Notes: a model not told the origin generated them from the sequence alone. A DNA stretch of 64,000 nt from Acidimicrobiia bacterium (GCA_041748855.1 JBGTCK010000017.1:8124-72123); one strand, 5' to 3'. Counted from the first letter of the stretch, positions 19,787 through 29,208 are shown. Numbers and translations: made by a program.

Positions 19787-22354
19787 ATGTTCACCGACAT
19801 AGAGGGGTCGACGCGCCTGCTCGGGTTACTCGGCGACGAGTATGGACAGCTGCTGGCGGATCACCATCGGCTGATCGTCGCTGCCGCAGAGAAGGAACAG
19901 GGTGTACTGGTCGACACCCAGGGCGACGCCTGCTTCATCGTGTTTCCGACCGCCTCCCAGGCAGTCGCAGCGGCGGCTGAAATTCAGCAAGCCCTGTCCA
20001 CCCATGCCTGGCCGGGCGGGGTCGAAGTCAGAGTCCGGGTGGGCCTCCACACGGGTTCCCCGATACAGATGGACGATCGGTACGTGGGGATGGACGTCCA
20101 TCGGGCCGCTCGAATCTCCGCCGCCGCTCACGGTGGCCAGGTGGTCGCCTCGGCGTCTACCGTCCAGCTGTCGGAAGAGGGCCCATCGTGGCTCGCCCTG
20201 GGCGACTTCCGGCTCAAGGATCTCATGCGTCCCGAGCGCCTCTACCAGCTGGTGGCGACGGGGCTGGCCGAACACCACCCGCCGCTGCGGGCGGATCGAT
20301 GGGGGACGGAGCTCCCCGAACCTCCCACACGCTTTGTGGGTCGGGCCACGGCGGTCGAGGAGGTCCTCGAGATGCTGTCTGGGGAGACCAGATTGGTCAC
20401 ACTGGTCGGGCCGGGCGGGATCGGCAAGACCAGATTAGCGGTCCACGTGGGTCGGTTGTGGTCCGACCGCTTCACCGATGGCATCCAGTTCGTCCCCCTC
20501 GCCGCCCTGACCGAACCGGAGGTGATGACTGCCATCGTGGAGGCGTTGGGGGTTACCCAGATCGGGTCCGACGATCCCATGGGTTTGGTAGTCCAGCACC
20601 TGCGCCATCGCCGGATGCTTCTGATCCTCGACAACATGGAACATCTCGTGCCCGCAGCGGGCCGTCTGGTAGCGGACCTGATGCGCGGCTGCCCGGATCT
20701 GCGCATCGTCGCCACCTCACGTGCTCCGGTCGGTGTCTCAGGCGAGCAGCTGATGAGGGTGCCTGCCCTTGCCCTGCCCTCTGAGGATGTCGAACTCGCT
20801 GCCGCCGCCGAGTTCGAAGCGGTTGCCCTGTTCGTGGACAGGGCCCGGACGGTCGACCCGGGTTTCAGATTGACCGACGGCAACCTCGATGCGGTGGTGC
20901 AGATCTGCCGTCGGCTGGACGGACTCCCGCTCGCCCTGGAGTTGGCTGCCGCTCGGACGGCCGTGCTGGCACCAGCCGAACTCCTCGATCGTCTACGCCT
21001 GGATCTCCTGACAAGCAGTTCGACTGACCTCGACGAGCGGCAGCGTACGTTGGCTTCGACCATCGAGTGGAGCTACCGGTTGCTCGACCACTCGCTACAG
21101 CGAGTATTCCGCGAGTTCTCGGTGTTCGCCGGTGGCGCCACGCTGGAGGACACAGGAGCTGTGATCGACCCGGGTGGTGCGACCGATACCCTCGAGGCGG
21201 TCTCGAATCTCGTCGCCAGCAGCCTGCTGTGGCGTGACGAAGATGAAGGAGGGACGTCGCGTTTTCGGATGCTCGAGATCATTAGAGAGTTCGCCCAGCG
21301 CGAGCTCGACCGCTCAGGCGACCTCCCGGCAGTCGCAGACCGGCACGCCGCCAGATTCGCCGAGTTCCTCGAGACGGCCGAAGAGAAGGTGGACGGACCC
21401 GAAGCATCGGAGTGGATGGCGAGGATCGACGCCGAGATGTCGAACACACGGGCCGCCCTCCGCTGGACCTTGGAGGACCCTCGCGGCTCCAGGCTCGCTG
21501 GTGTGAGTATGGCGCAGTCCTTAGGTTGGTTCTGGTACATTCGCGGCCATGCCAGCGAAGGGCTCCGGTGGCTGGAGTCGGCTATCCTGGCCGCAAACGA
21601 TGCGCCCGGACTCCACCGCATCCGAGTCACCTATTACGCCGGCGCCCTGGCTGAAAGGCTGGGACGGTTCCCCGAAGCAGTGCAGCGGTTCCAACAGACT
21701 TTGGTGCTCTGTCGAGAGTTGGGCGACGAGGCGCGCGCAGGGAGAGCGCTCAACTCGCTGGGAGGCATGGCCGTCGAAATGGGAGAGCACGAAGCGGCGA
21801 CGGGATACCTCGCCGAAGCGGAGGAGATCCTACTCTCTCACGACGACAAGTACGGGCTCGGGGCAAACCGGACAAACCAGTGCGACGTGGCCCTCGCTCG
21901 CGGGGAACTCGACCGGGCCCGACAACTGGGCGAGTCGGCGCTCAGCCTGTTCTCAACGTCGGACGACGCATTCGGGGAGGGCGTGGCTTTGCGACACCTC
22001 ACCAAGGTTGCCTACGCCGCTGGGGACCTGGAAGAGGTCCGAAGGCTGCTAAAAGGCGCCCTCACCAAGGGACTCGAGATCGGGAACCTTGCCGACTCAG
22101 CTCGATGCCTGGAACGGCTGGGCGGTGTGGAGATCGCCTTAGGACGCAGCGCCAAGGGGATCCGACTGGGGGCGGCCGCTCAGCGGCTCCGTAGCGAGGT
22201 CGGCGACCATCTGACACCAGACCGGCTGGCCAGCTTCGAACGAAGCTGGTCGCAGGCTCGACTGGTTCTGGGCGAAGAGGAATATCAGACTGCGTGGGAC
22301 CAGGGTTCCAACATGACCTTCGATCAGGCCGTTGCTTACGGCACTGAGAACTGA
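19787..22354 (+). CDS. class III adenylate/guanylate cyclase domain + STAND/AAA NTPase + TPR repeats
   Basis: N-terminal FTDIEGSTRLL cyclase motif; Walker A LVGPGGIGKTRLA; C-terminal TPR-like repeats; 855 aa. Confidence 0.8.
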   Translation: MFTDIEGSTRLLGLLGDEYGQLLADHHRLIVAAAEKEQGVLVDTQGDACFIVFPTASQAVAAAAEIQQALSTHAWPGGVEVRVRVGLHTGSPIQMDDRYVGMDVHRAARISAAAHGGQVVASASTVQLSEEGPSWLALGDFRLKDLMRPERLYQLVATGLAEHHPPLRADRWGTELPEPPTRFVGRATAVEEVLEMLSGETRLVTLVGPGGIGKTRLAVHVGRLWSDRFTDGIQFVPLAALTEPEVMTAIVEALGVTQIGSDDPMGLVVQHLRHRRMLLILDNMEHLVPAAGRLVADLMRGCPDLRIVATSRAPVGVSGEQLMRVPALALPSEDVELAAAAEFEAVALFVDRARTVDPGFRLTDGNLDAVVQICRRLDGLPLALELAAARTAVLAPAELLDRLRLDLLTSSSTDLDERQRTLASTIEWSYRLLDHSLQRVFREFSVFAGGATLEDTGAVIDPGGATDTLEAVSNLVASSLLWRDEDEGGTSRFRMLEIIREFAQRELDRSGDLPAVADRHAARFAEFLETAEEKVDGPEASEWMARIDAEMSNTRAALRWTLEDPRGSRLAGVSMAQSLGWFWYIRGHASEGLRWLESAILAANDAPGLHRIRVTYYAGALAERLGRFPEAVQRFQQTLVLCRELGDEARAGRALNSLGGMAVEMGEHEAATGYLAEAEEILLSHDDKYGLGANRTNQCDVALARGELDRARQLGESALSLFSTSDDAFGEGVALRHLTKVAYAAGDLEEVRRLLKGALTKGLEIGNLADSARCLERLGGVEIALGRSAKGIRLGAAAQRLRSEVGDHLTPDRLASFERSWSQARLVLGEEEYQTAWDQGSNMTFDQAVAYGTEN

Positions 22355-22530
22355 GAACTCAGCGTCTCCGACCTTCCCGACAAGCCTCGACAGTGCCCGA
22401 CCGTGGCGGGCAAGTCTGCCAGCCACTCACGCGGTCACTCCTGACCACGCAACCACCACCGCCATCGAGCAGACCCAAGTCCCCGATTCGATCATCTCGT
22501 TAACCCATAAGCCACTCGTACGCAGAGGGC

Positions 22531-22727
22531 GCAGTTTCCCAAGTGTTACCTGATGATTTGAAGCTCAGCGGGTAGGACTCGAACCTACAACCAATGGATA
22601 ACAGTCACGCCGATACCGTCCGTGGTCTCAAGGGGTGTCGATTAGTGCCGTTCTCCACCTTTTCGTCCGTCCGTGTTGGCTGATGCTGTCCCGTGCGGTC
22701 TGGTATGGCTACACAAATGGTACACCC
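22531..22727. repeat. copy 1 of the roughly 250-bp tRNA-Asn-fragment repeat (lacks the left TGGCTACA doublet)
   Basis: Shares the flanks ...tttcccaagtg.tacctga.ga..ttg.agctc and cacgccgataccgtccgtg...gctgatgctgtcccgtgcggtctggtatggctacacaaatgg with copies at 23.6 and 25.9 kb. Confidence 0.7.
22566..22604 (-). pseudogene. tRNA-Asn(GUU) 3' fragment (anticodon loop to acceptor 3' strand), degenerate
   Basis: The reverse complement contains T-stem/loop gtaggTTCGAGTcctac and an anticodon-loop remnant; 1-nt deletion relative to copies 2 and 3; no D-arm or 5' half. Confidence 0.5.
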
Positions 22728-22934
22728 GAAGTGCGATGCGGTCGCCGTGAGCTCAGCGATATTGCCGGATCTGCGTGCCTCCACCCCCGACGCGGTCTTT
22801 ACCGAGTAAGGTCGGGGCGAGCCGCCAAAGCACCAAGATGGCCCAGTCCATGAGTGCTTCCCGGCTGTGTCTGTATCGCCATTGACAAGCAGGGCGTGCG
22901 GCGTCAATCGCACGAAGCCAGAAGGAGACCTTTG

Positions 22935-23531
22935 ATGGCAGATCAAATCGAGGACATCATCGGGGACTATCGGGCATTCGCCGAGCAGCAGCGAGACCGA
23001 CTGGCGACACGCGGCATCGACATCACCCCGTACGGGCTCAGCCATCTCGCATACCGGGTCCCAGAGTGGGACCAGTACGTGCATGTGCGGGGACTCATCG
23101 AACGCCACGCCGTCGCCAATCGCGAGAACGTCTGGAACGGTCGCCCGATCTCCTTGATCGTTCCCGCCGAGCCGCTCGAAGTCCTCGACGGCAAGATCGT
23201 CCCCCTGATCGAGCTCATCCCGCCCGTGCACCAGCGCGTCTACAAGATGGGGTTGGAACACCTCGGCCTCGTAATCGGCGACACTTTCGATGCATTTGTC
23301 AGAGCCCACAAGCCCGTGTTGACGGGACAGCAATTCCAGGGCCCCAACAGCACACCCGACCCCGTATACATCTTGTTCGAGGACTTCACACACGTGAAGT
23401 TCTATCGACTCTCACTGAGGGCATCCGTCGAGCTGGATTCGGGCCCGTTCGACGACGGGTTCCATCACGTCGACGACTGGGTGCCACAACGGCTGGTGAC
23501 GGCGACCGGCCCGAACCCGCTGCCCCGATGA
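22935..23531 (+). CDS. YecM-like (VOC-superfamily) protein
   Basis: ITPYGLSHLAYRV...NGRPISLI...IELIPP...GLEHLGLVI parallels E. coli YecM blocks ITPLTADHISLRC...NGRPICLF...VELPWP...GWEHIEIVL; start at MADQIEDI. Confidence 0.5.
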   Translation: MADQIEDIIGDYRAFAEQQRDRLATRGIDITPYGLSHLAYRVPEWDQYVHVRGLIERHAVANRENVWNGRPISLIVPAEPLEVLDGKIVPLIELIPPVHQRVYKMGLEHLGLVIGDTFDAFVRAHKPVLTGQQFQGPNSTPDPVYILFEDFTHVKFYRLSLRASVELDSGPFDDGFHHVDDWVPQRLVTATGPNPLPR

Positions 23532-23645
23532 CGGATCTCGGCAAAGTGCGAGTGCCCAGGTGAACGCCAACGCCCGACGTTCCGTTTCCTTGACCGCTGT
23601 GCTGGCGGAGTTTCCTGGGCGGCTTGGTCAGCAACGGGAAACTGG

Positions 23646-23897
23646 ATGGCTACAGGTTGGCTACGCACGAACCGTTTGAACGCCAAAGCGAAAGTCGCAT
23701 TTTCCCAAGTGCCTGATGAAATTGAGGCTCCGCGGGTAGGACTCGAACCTACAACCAATGGATTAACAGTCACGCCCACACCGTCCGTGTGGTCTCAGGG
23801 GTGTCGGTTAGTGCCTTTCTGTCTACCTTTTCGTGCCCTACGTGTTGGCTGATGCTGTCCCGTGCGGTCTGGTATGGCTACACATTTGGCTACACCT
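23646..23897. repeat. copy 2 of the tRNA-Asn-fragment repeat (TGGCTACA doublets on both sides)
   Basis: atggctacaggttggctac ... core ... atggctacacatttggctacacc; about 90% identical to the copy at 25.9 kb. Confidence 0.75.
23728..23769 (-). pseudogene. tRNA-Asn(GUU) 3' fragment
   Basis: Minus strand reads CTGTTAA (anticodon loop, GTT) - tccat - tggtt - gtaggTTCGAGTcctac - ccgcgga - g; the 5' half does not pair, so this is not a complete tRNA. Confidence 0.6.
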
Positions 23898-24361
23898 TCC
23901 CACGAGCCTCCAAATCAGATCACCTGACGACCCACGACCTGGATCAAAGCGAACATCGGTGCTACGAGAACCATTGCTGTTGCGATTGTGCGCACGCGGC
24001 CTGGTGATGTCATCTTCACGACGGCTACGGGAATCAAGCCTGCCGCAAGTAACAACGGAACCGAAATAGCTAATCCCCCGGGTCCGGGTTCGGCTGAGAA
24101 CGCCGCTCCGATTGACAAGGCGGCGCTCAGATAGAGTAGGACGAAGTAGCCCCCGACCTTCAGCCACTCGACTTCCCCCCATCTCATCTGGAGATGGTAA
24201 ACGTTTGCCCCACACGGTGAAGCCGTCATACCCGGCGACGCGGTCGGCAATTGGAACCACAGGTGCTCTGCGTCCCTTGATCTCAGCATCGACTGCGTTC
24301 GTGAAAAGGTCACTCCCGTATGACGGTGGATGTGCCGACTTAGGCGCGCAGCCGGTGTGCA

Positions 24362-25117
24362 CTACTGGACTTCTGCTGTTAGCAACCGGTAGGCGGCGCG
24401 GCCTCGGGCAGCAGCCTCTGCCCCGAGAATCTGCCAGGCTGGATTGTCGGGGTCGTCCATCTCAGTCCGTGAGCGCAGACGCTGCCTGTCCTTACGGTCG
24501 AGTGCGGCAGCCACTCCCCCAGGATCATCCATGATGCTGAGCAGAAAGGCGAGGTCGGCTCTTTGGGCGTCGGGTGCATCATCGACTCCGACGGCTTCGG
24601 CCTTAGCAATGATGGCGCCCAGCAGCGATGGTCGAGGAACCAAACCTTCGGCATCACCAACACGCACTGGAACCAACTCGGTTCGAATGAGGGCTTGTGT
24701 GCCGCCTGGCACCTCCAGCGTCCTACCCGGCGGAGTGGTTGTCAGGTCGGCTCGCGGTCCAAGTCCTTCGGGTGCAAGCACGTCCACTGAGACGCCTTCG
24801 CGCTCATAGCGATGCGCCAGGCCGTCCGCCGAGAAACCTACAACTACAAAACCACGCTCCTCGATGGACTCGACAAAACTTCGGATCGCTCCGGTGACAA
24901 CTCGAGCGTCAACGAGCACATCGAGGTCAGTAGACACACGAGGAGGGCTCGCTGCCTGTTCGAGCGCGTGCAGGAAAACCATCTGTCCGCCGACGAGTGT
25001 CCACTCCCCTTTTCGCACTTCGGTCAGTTCGACAAGAGTTTCCCAAAGGTGGCGACTCTGGTCGGGATAGGTGGGCAACTCCACCGGTTCACGATCCAGC
25101 ACCGGCCACTCGGTCAT
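24362..25117 (-). CDS. AbiEii-like nucleotidyltransferase (putative type IV TA toxin)
   Basis: Minimal NTase motif LVGGQMVFLH...STDLDVLVD (hG[GS]...DhD); start at MTEWPV gives an ATGA overlap with the upstream gene. Confidence 0.5.
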   Translation of the reverse strand: MTEWPVLDREPVELPTYPDQSRHLWETLVELTEVRKGEWTLVGGQMVFLHALEQAASPPRVSTDLDVLVDARVVTGAIRSFVESIEERGFVVVGFSADGLAHRYEREGVSVDVLAPEGLGPRADLTTTPPGRTLEVPGGTQALIRTELVPVRVGDAEGLVPRPSLLGAIIAKAEAVGVDDAPDAQRADLAFLLSIMDDPGGVAAALDRKDRQRLRSRTEMDDPDNPAWQILGAEAAARGRAAYRLLTAEVQ

Positions 25118-25788
25118 CTTGCCTCCAGCCTTTCGAGAAGCGCTCTCCCAGCTCTCCTTGATCGCTTGTCCGAGGAGTCGAGGAGATCGATGGCCACGAC
25201 CGGAAGCGGCGCCACCTTTTGGTTGGGGTCGAAAGGCCACACCGCGTCGTCCACCACTCTGATGTAGACGTTTGGCTGGTCGGGGTCCGATTCGAGGGCA
25301 AGACGCCTCACGACACCGTCGACTTCTGAGGCCGCCAAGTACCCCTCAACGACATCTCCGGGAATGAGATCGGCGCGGTGCTCGTCGACAGCACTGGCTC
25401 CTGACCTCACGAAACCCGGTAGACCCGCCAGCCGATCCAACACTGAAGGGTGGGCGTAGAAGCGACGTTCGTCTCCTCGGGCTCGCAGCTTGGCCACGAC
25501 TGACTCCAGACCCTCTTCGAGTCGTCGTCTTGCCCGAAGTAGCTCTACCGCTGATACCTCCGGTTCGTCATCGTTGGCGAGAGCAAGCAGCGCCCAAGCG
25601 GACCTCGAACTCCAAGGTCGGCCCACGTCCTGTTGGCGTCGTTGCGCTTCACGAACCGATCCCCGCTCCACGATCCACGCCCGACCCACTTGTTCCCCAC
25701 GAAGTAGCCCGTCGGCAAGCATCTGGCGAACCCGCCTAGGGCTGACCGCCAGTTCTTCTGCTACTTCAGAAACACTCAGGAGCGACAT
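25114..25788 (-). CDS. AbiEi-like antitoxin (N-terminal wHTH transcriptional regulator)
   Basis: N-terminus MSLLSVSEVAEELAVSPRRVRQMLADGLL (HTH); 224 aa; translationally coupled to the downstream NTase. Confidence 0.5.
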   Translation of the reverse strand: MSLLSVSEVAEELAVSPRRVRQMLADGLLRGEQVGRAWIVERGSVREAQRRQQDVGRPWSSRSAWALLALANDDEPEVSAVELLRARRRLEEGLESVVAKLRARGDERRFYAHPSVLDRLAGLPGFVRSGASAVDEHRADLIPGDVVEGYLAASEVDGVVRRLALESDPDQPNVYIRVVDDAVWPFDPNQKVAPLPVVAIDLLDSSDKRSRRAGRALLERLEAR

Positions 25789-25890
25789 GATTTCATAATC
25801 CTACCGATATCGGTAGTATTATGTCAACACATCTGTTTAGCGGAGGGACCCCGGGAGATCGTCGAACAACAACACCATTTCGGAGAGCGG

Positions 25891-26147
25891 ATGGCTACAG
25901 GTTGGCTACACCCGAACCATTCGTACACAGGGGCGCATGTCGCATTTTTCCAAGTGCTACCTGAAGAAATTGGAGCTCCGCGGGTAGGACTCGAACCTAC
26001 AACCAATGGATTAACAGTCACGCCGATACCGTCCGTGTGGTCTCAACGGGTGTCGATTAGTGCCGTTCTGTCTACCTTTTCGGTCCGTGCGTGTTGGCTG
26101 ATGCTGTCCCGTGCGGTCTGGTATGGCTACACAAATGGCTACACCTG
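25891..26147. repeat. copy 3 of the tRNA-Asn-fragment repeat (TGGCTACA doublets on both sides)
   Basis: atggctacaggttggctacacc ... core ... atggctacacaaatggctacacctgcc. Confidence 0.75.
25976..26017 (-). pseudogene. tRNA-Asn(GUU) 3' fragment
   Basis: Identical in architecture to the fragment at 23728-23769. Confidence 0.6.
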
Positions 26148-26477
26148 CCCGAATGACCTAATTGCCACTCAGCGGTCGGCTGCTTGCATCCGCGACCACG
26201 ATACGTCAAGGAAATGGGGTGACGCGGCGCTCGCGATTCGGTCGAGTTCGGGTCGTCGCTGAGCTCGAGCTGGTGGTCACCGCCCCACCCCTCCGTCGCG
26301 ACCAGATTCCAATCTTGGGCGGGTCACATTGGGTCGTCGGAGGCTGAGCCGTCACGACGCGCGAGCCTCCACGAATGCACACCACGACCTATCTTCAGTT
26401 CGAGGTCCCGCGACCGATAATGGCCATGGTGAGTTCATGAAGCGAGGTCCGCAATCGACATCGTTCGTCTAATCCGA

Positions 26478-27563
26478 ATGACCGAGAAAGGAAGCAAGAC
26501 AGCGCTCTGGGCTGGGGTTGTGCTCCCTTCGCTCTTCCTGTTGTTCCCGCTTCTGCTCGGCTTGGCCACGATTGCGTTGTTGGTCGAAGCGGTATCGGGA
26601 GACGGTGAATGGGAGAAAGTCGGTGGCGCAGTGCTTTCCTTCGGCTTAGTCGCGTGGTTCATTGGAGCACCAGCTACGGAGGTCATTGGACAGGTCAGGC
26701 GGGAACGTACCCGCGACAAGGTGATGATCGACCGTCTTGGGTTAATCCTGCGAGCACACAGTGAACTCGATCAGGCAGAGGAACATCAAGATGGAGAGGC
26801 GGATGCTGAGAACGAGGACCCCGACGCTACATGGAGTACCGGGAGACGCGAGTTCGAAGAACCCGCCCTGGAGATCGACCCACCGGTCAGCCACCTCCTC
26901 GATCCAGAATCCGCTGGCGAGTCAGTAGCCTTTGAGCCGCAAGGCTCGGACGCGGCAGCTCCCGATGCCCTTTCGCCCTCGGCTGATACAGATGGCGGAC
27001 CTCGTCGACTAGACGAGAACGCCCAGGGCGAGTACGAGGTGTATCTCCTTGAGCGGTTGGCAGATGGGAGAGACTTTTTCTACTACCTTGACACGGCCAT
27101 CCAATTCGGGCTCAGATACCCCGGTAGGAGGTTTCATCACAGGTGGCCAGCCGCCTCAAATGCAGCGCTAACTAAGTACATCTCGAATCGTGATGACCTA
27201 GCCACCCCACAAGCGGCACAGGTGCTACGGGAGGTATACAGAGAGATTCAACCGCCAGAACTCGACACTGACCTTCAGGACTGGATCACGTCTGACGAAC
27301 CAGTCGACTCCCTCCTCCACGAAGTGGTTGTGACGACCGTGGGCGTCTTAGTGCGTAGAACGGGCGAACTAGACGATCTTGAACGCAAGAGGCAGGTGAT
27401 TTCCACTCGCGAGTTGGTTGCGGTGTCTCTGCTATCTGATGGCGACCCCAGGACCGAAGAAGTCGTCCACCGACTGGATGCCCACTACGAGGCTAGGCAC
27501 CTTAAAGATGAGCAGTACAACGAATTGAGAAGCTATGCCTTGAACCCTCGACCCTTTGGATAG
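26478..27563 (+). CDS. membrane protein: two N-terminal TM helices plus a large acidic cytoplasmic domain
   Basis: Hydrophobic stretches LWAGVVLPSLFLLFPLLLGLATIALLV and AVLSFGLVAWFIGA, followed by a D/E-rich region; no recognisable family. Confidence 0.45.
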   Translation: MTEKGSKTALWAGVVLPSLFLLFPLLLGLATIALLVEAVSGDGEWEKVGGAVLSFGLVAWFIGAPATEVIGQVRRERTRDKVMIDRLGLILRAHSELDQAEEHQDGEADAENEDPDATWSTGRREFEEPALEIDPPVSHLLDPESAGESVAFEPQGSDAAAPDALSPSADTDGGPRRLDENAQGEYEVYLLERLADGRDFFYYLDTAIQFGLRYPGRRFHHRWPAASNAALTKYISNRDDLATPQAAQVLREVYREIQPPELDTDLQDWITSDEPVDSLLHEVVVTTVGVLVRRTGELDDLERKRQVISTRELVAVSLLSDGDPRTEEVVHRLDAHYEARHLKDEQYNELRSYALNPRPFG

Positions 27564-27695
27564 GCGCACGCACACCGCCATGTATAAGGGGGGGTTCCCT
27601 CCACGGCCACCCTGAACGAGCGGTCGAGCGAGACTAGGTGCGTATGCGCTCTCGGCAAACGACTCTTTGCCGTAGTACGGGCCTACCCAATGGGC

Positions 27696-28223
27696 CTACC
27701 CAATGACGGGTGATCCGCCAGCTAACCCTTTGAGCCCATCGGGATATCTCTGGATCGATGCCGCCAGGTTCGCCGCCACAACGGGGTCGGCCTCATTCGC
27801 GTTGAGCCAGACACGCGCGGAGGTTGTCAGGTCTCTGCAGAACCACCGGACGTCAATGTTGATGACGTCCCCCATGACGTTGAGGTGAAACACGTTCGAA
27901 GAGTTGCCTGGTTCGTAGAAGACGACTCGTGAGTAACCACCCGGATGGCCGCCCGTCCTGGCCTGGTGAAGAAGCGAGCACCGAAACCCATATGCGGCTC
28001 CACCAGAGAAGAACGGCTCGTCCATGCGCGGAAGCTTGTGGCCATAGATGTCCGGCATGTTCTCGTCGAACCAGGCGGCATAGCGCTCTCCTGTCGCCAC
28101 GCCCGACTCGTGTCCGAGAGCGCCGAAGATGTCAGGAATGGCGAGGGCCGACACAAGCGCGACGTAGTAGTGGCCCCCATCGAGGGCGCCGTCTACCTGA
28201 TCGAGAAAATCACGCATGGTCAC
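27696..28223 (-). CDS. hypothetical protein
   Basis: 175-aa ORF, divergent from 28372..29208; coding-like composition; no family recognised. Confidence 0.4.
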   Translation of the reverse strand: MTMRDFLDQVDGALDGGHYYVALVSALAIPDIFGALGHESGVATGERYAAWFDENMPDIYGHKLPRMDEPFFSGGAAYGFRCSLLHQARTGGHPGGYSRVVFYEPGNSSNVFHLNVMGDVINIDVRWFCRDLTTSARVWLNANEADPVVAANLAASIQRYPDGLKGLAGGSPVIG

Positions 28224-28371
28224 TCGTCAGCCAAGTTATATCGAGGTCGACCGTATCGTGAGCGCCACCAAAGCACGCATTCGGCACATATCGGCGCCGG
28301 GGGTAGGCGCTCAGCCGGTCAGGTGGACAAGACGCGTGTGATCCGGAGTCTGTCGGTGGTATCTCGTAACA

Positions 28372-29208
28372 TTGGGCCCCATGGGGACGATAAATCGTCA
28401 TGACGCCCGTTCTCTCCCTGATGATGAGCGGTTAGCGAGAGAGGTGGTCGCGCCCCACATTGACTCGATCTTAGTGGCCCTCCCGGAACCGGGTAACGAA
28501 CCCACCCCCGACTTCGAGATGTGTCGGGACGGAAAGCGCGTCGGATGGCTGGAGGTAACCACCGGGACCGACCAAGCGTCGCAAACACTCAACGCTCAGC
28601 TCGAGGAGGCGGGTCGTAGGCGGCGGACTACCCGCCGTCTCCGGTGCGACTGGTTTCTACAGTTGACACCCGATTCCAATCTCCGAACACTGAACGAAGA
28701 GCGACTTTTCGACGCCCTCGCGTTAAGGGAGCCAACTTTGACTCCCTACCCAACCGCGATGATGGACCCGATCAGCATCCCTGAGTCTGACGCCATCCTC
28801 GCCAAATTCCACGTCGCCCGCGCTAATCCGTTGAACGCATCAGACGGCGACGAAGCCACGGTGCTCCTCGACATCAGCGGACAGATGAATAGGGTCGATG
28901 CGGACACGATCAATCGGCTCGCAGAACAACGGTGCGATGCCAAGCGCCCGCAGCTCGAAGGTCGACAGGGTGAGCGTCACCTCTTTGTCCGGGTCGATAA
29001 GTGGGAGCGGAGCGGAGCAGGCGTAGCAATGCACGGATTCGGTGACAACGAACCCCCGGTGCCCTACGAGGGTCCCACCTTCCCTGAGTGGGTTAGCGAC
29101 GTTTGGTTGCTGAACACCGTCGGGCAACCGAAACTCTGGCATTGCTCCCAGGCGACCGAGGCATGGAAGATCTACGACATCGATCCGGCGGTATTCAAGA
29201 GCGGGTAG
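28372..29208 (+). CDS. hypothetical protein
   Basis: 278-aa ORF; no family recognised. Confidence 0.4.
   Translation: MGPMGTINRHDARSLPDDERLAREVVAPHIDSILVALPEPGNEPTPDFEMCRDGKRVGWLEVTTGTDQASQTLNAQLEEAGRRRRTTRRLRCDWFLQLTPDSNLRTLNEERLFDALALREPTLTPYPTAMMDPISIPESDAILAKFHVARANPLNASDGDEATVLLDISGQMNRVDADTINRLAEQRCDAKRPQLEGRQGERHLFVRVDKWERSGAGVAMHGFGDNEPPVPYEGPTFPEWVSDVWLLNTVGQPKLWHCSQATEAWKIYDIDPAVFKSG

Noticed and set aside
20188-21063. Several 150-270-aa ORFs on both strands inside the cyclase-STAND gene
   Set aside because: All are nested within the 855-aa gene and are rich in Arg/Pro/Ala, consistent with off-frame GC artefacts.
22605-23393. 262-aa minus-strand ORF antisense to the YecM-like gene and overlapping the first tRNA-fragment repeat
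   Set aside because: No motifs; it overlaps a plus-strand ORF that has recognisable family similarity. Long antisense ORFs are expected at about 65% GC.
22566-26017. Possible intact tRNA genes at the three tRNA-like sites
   Set aside because: Only the anticodon loop through the acceptor 3' strand is present. The sequence 5' of the anticodon loop cannot pair, and there is no D-arm or 5' acceptor strand, so these are att-core fragments rather than genes.
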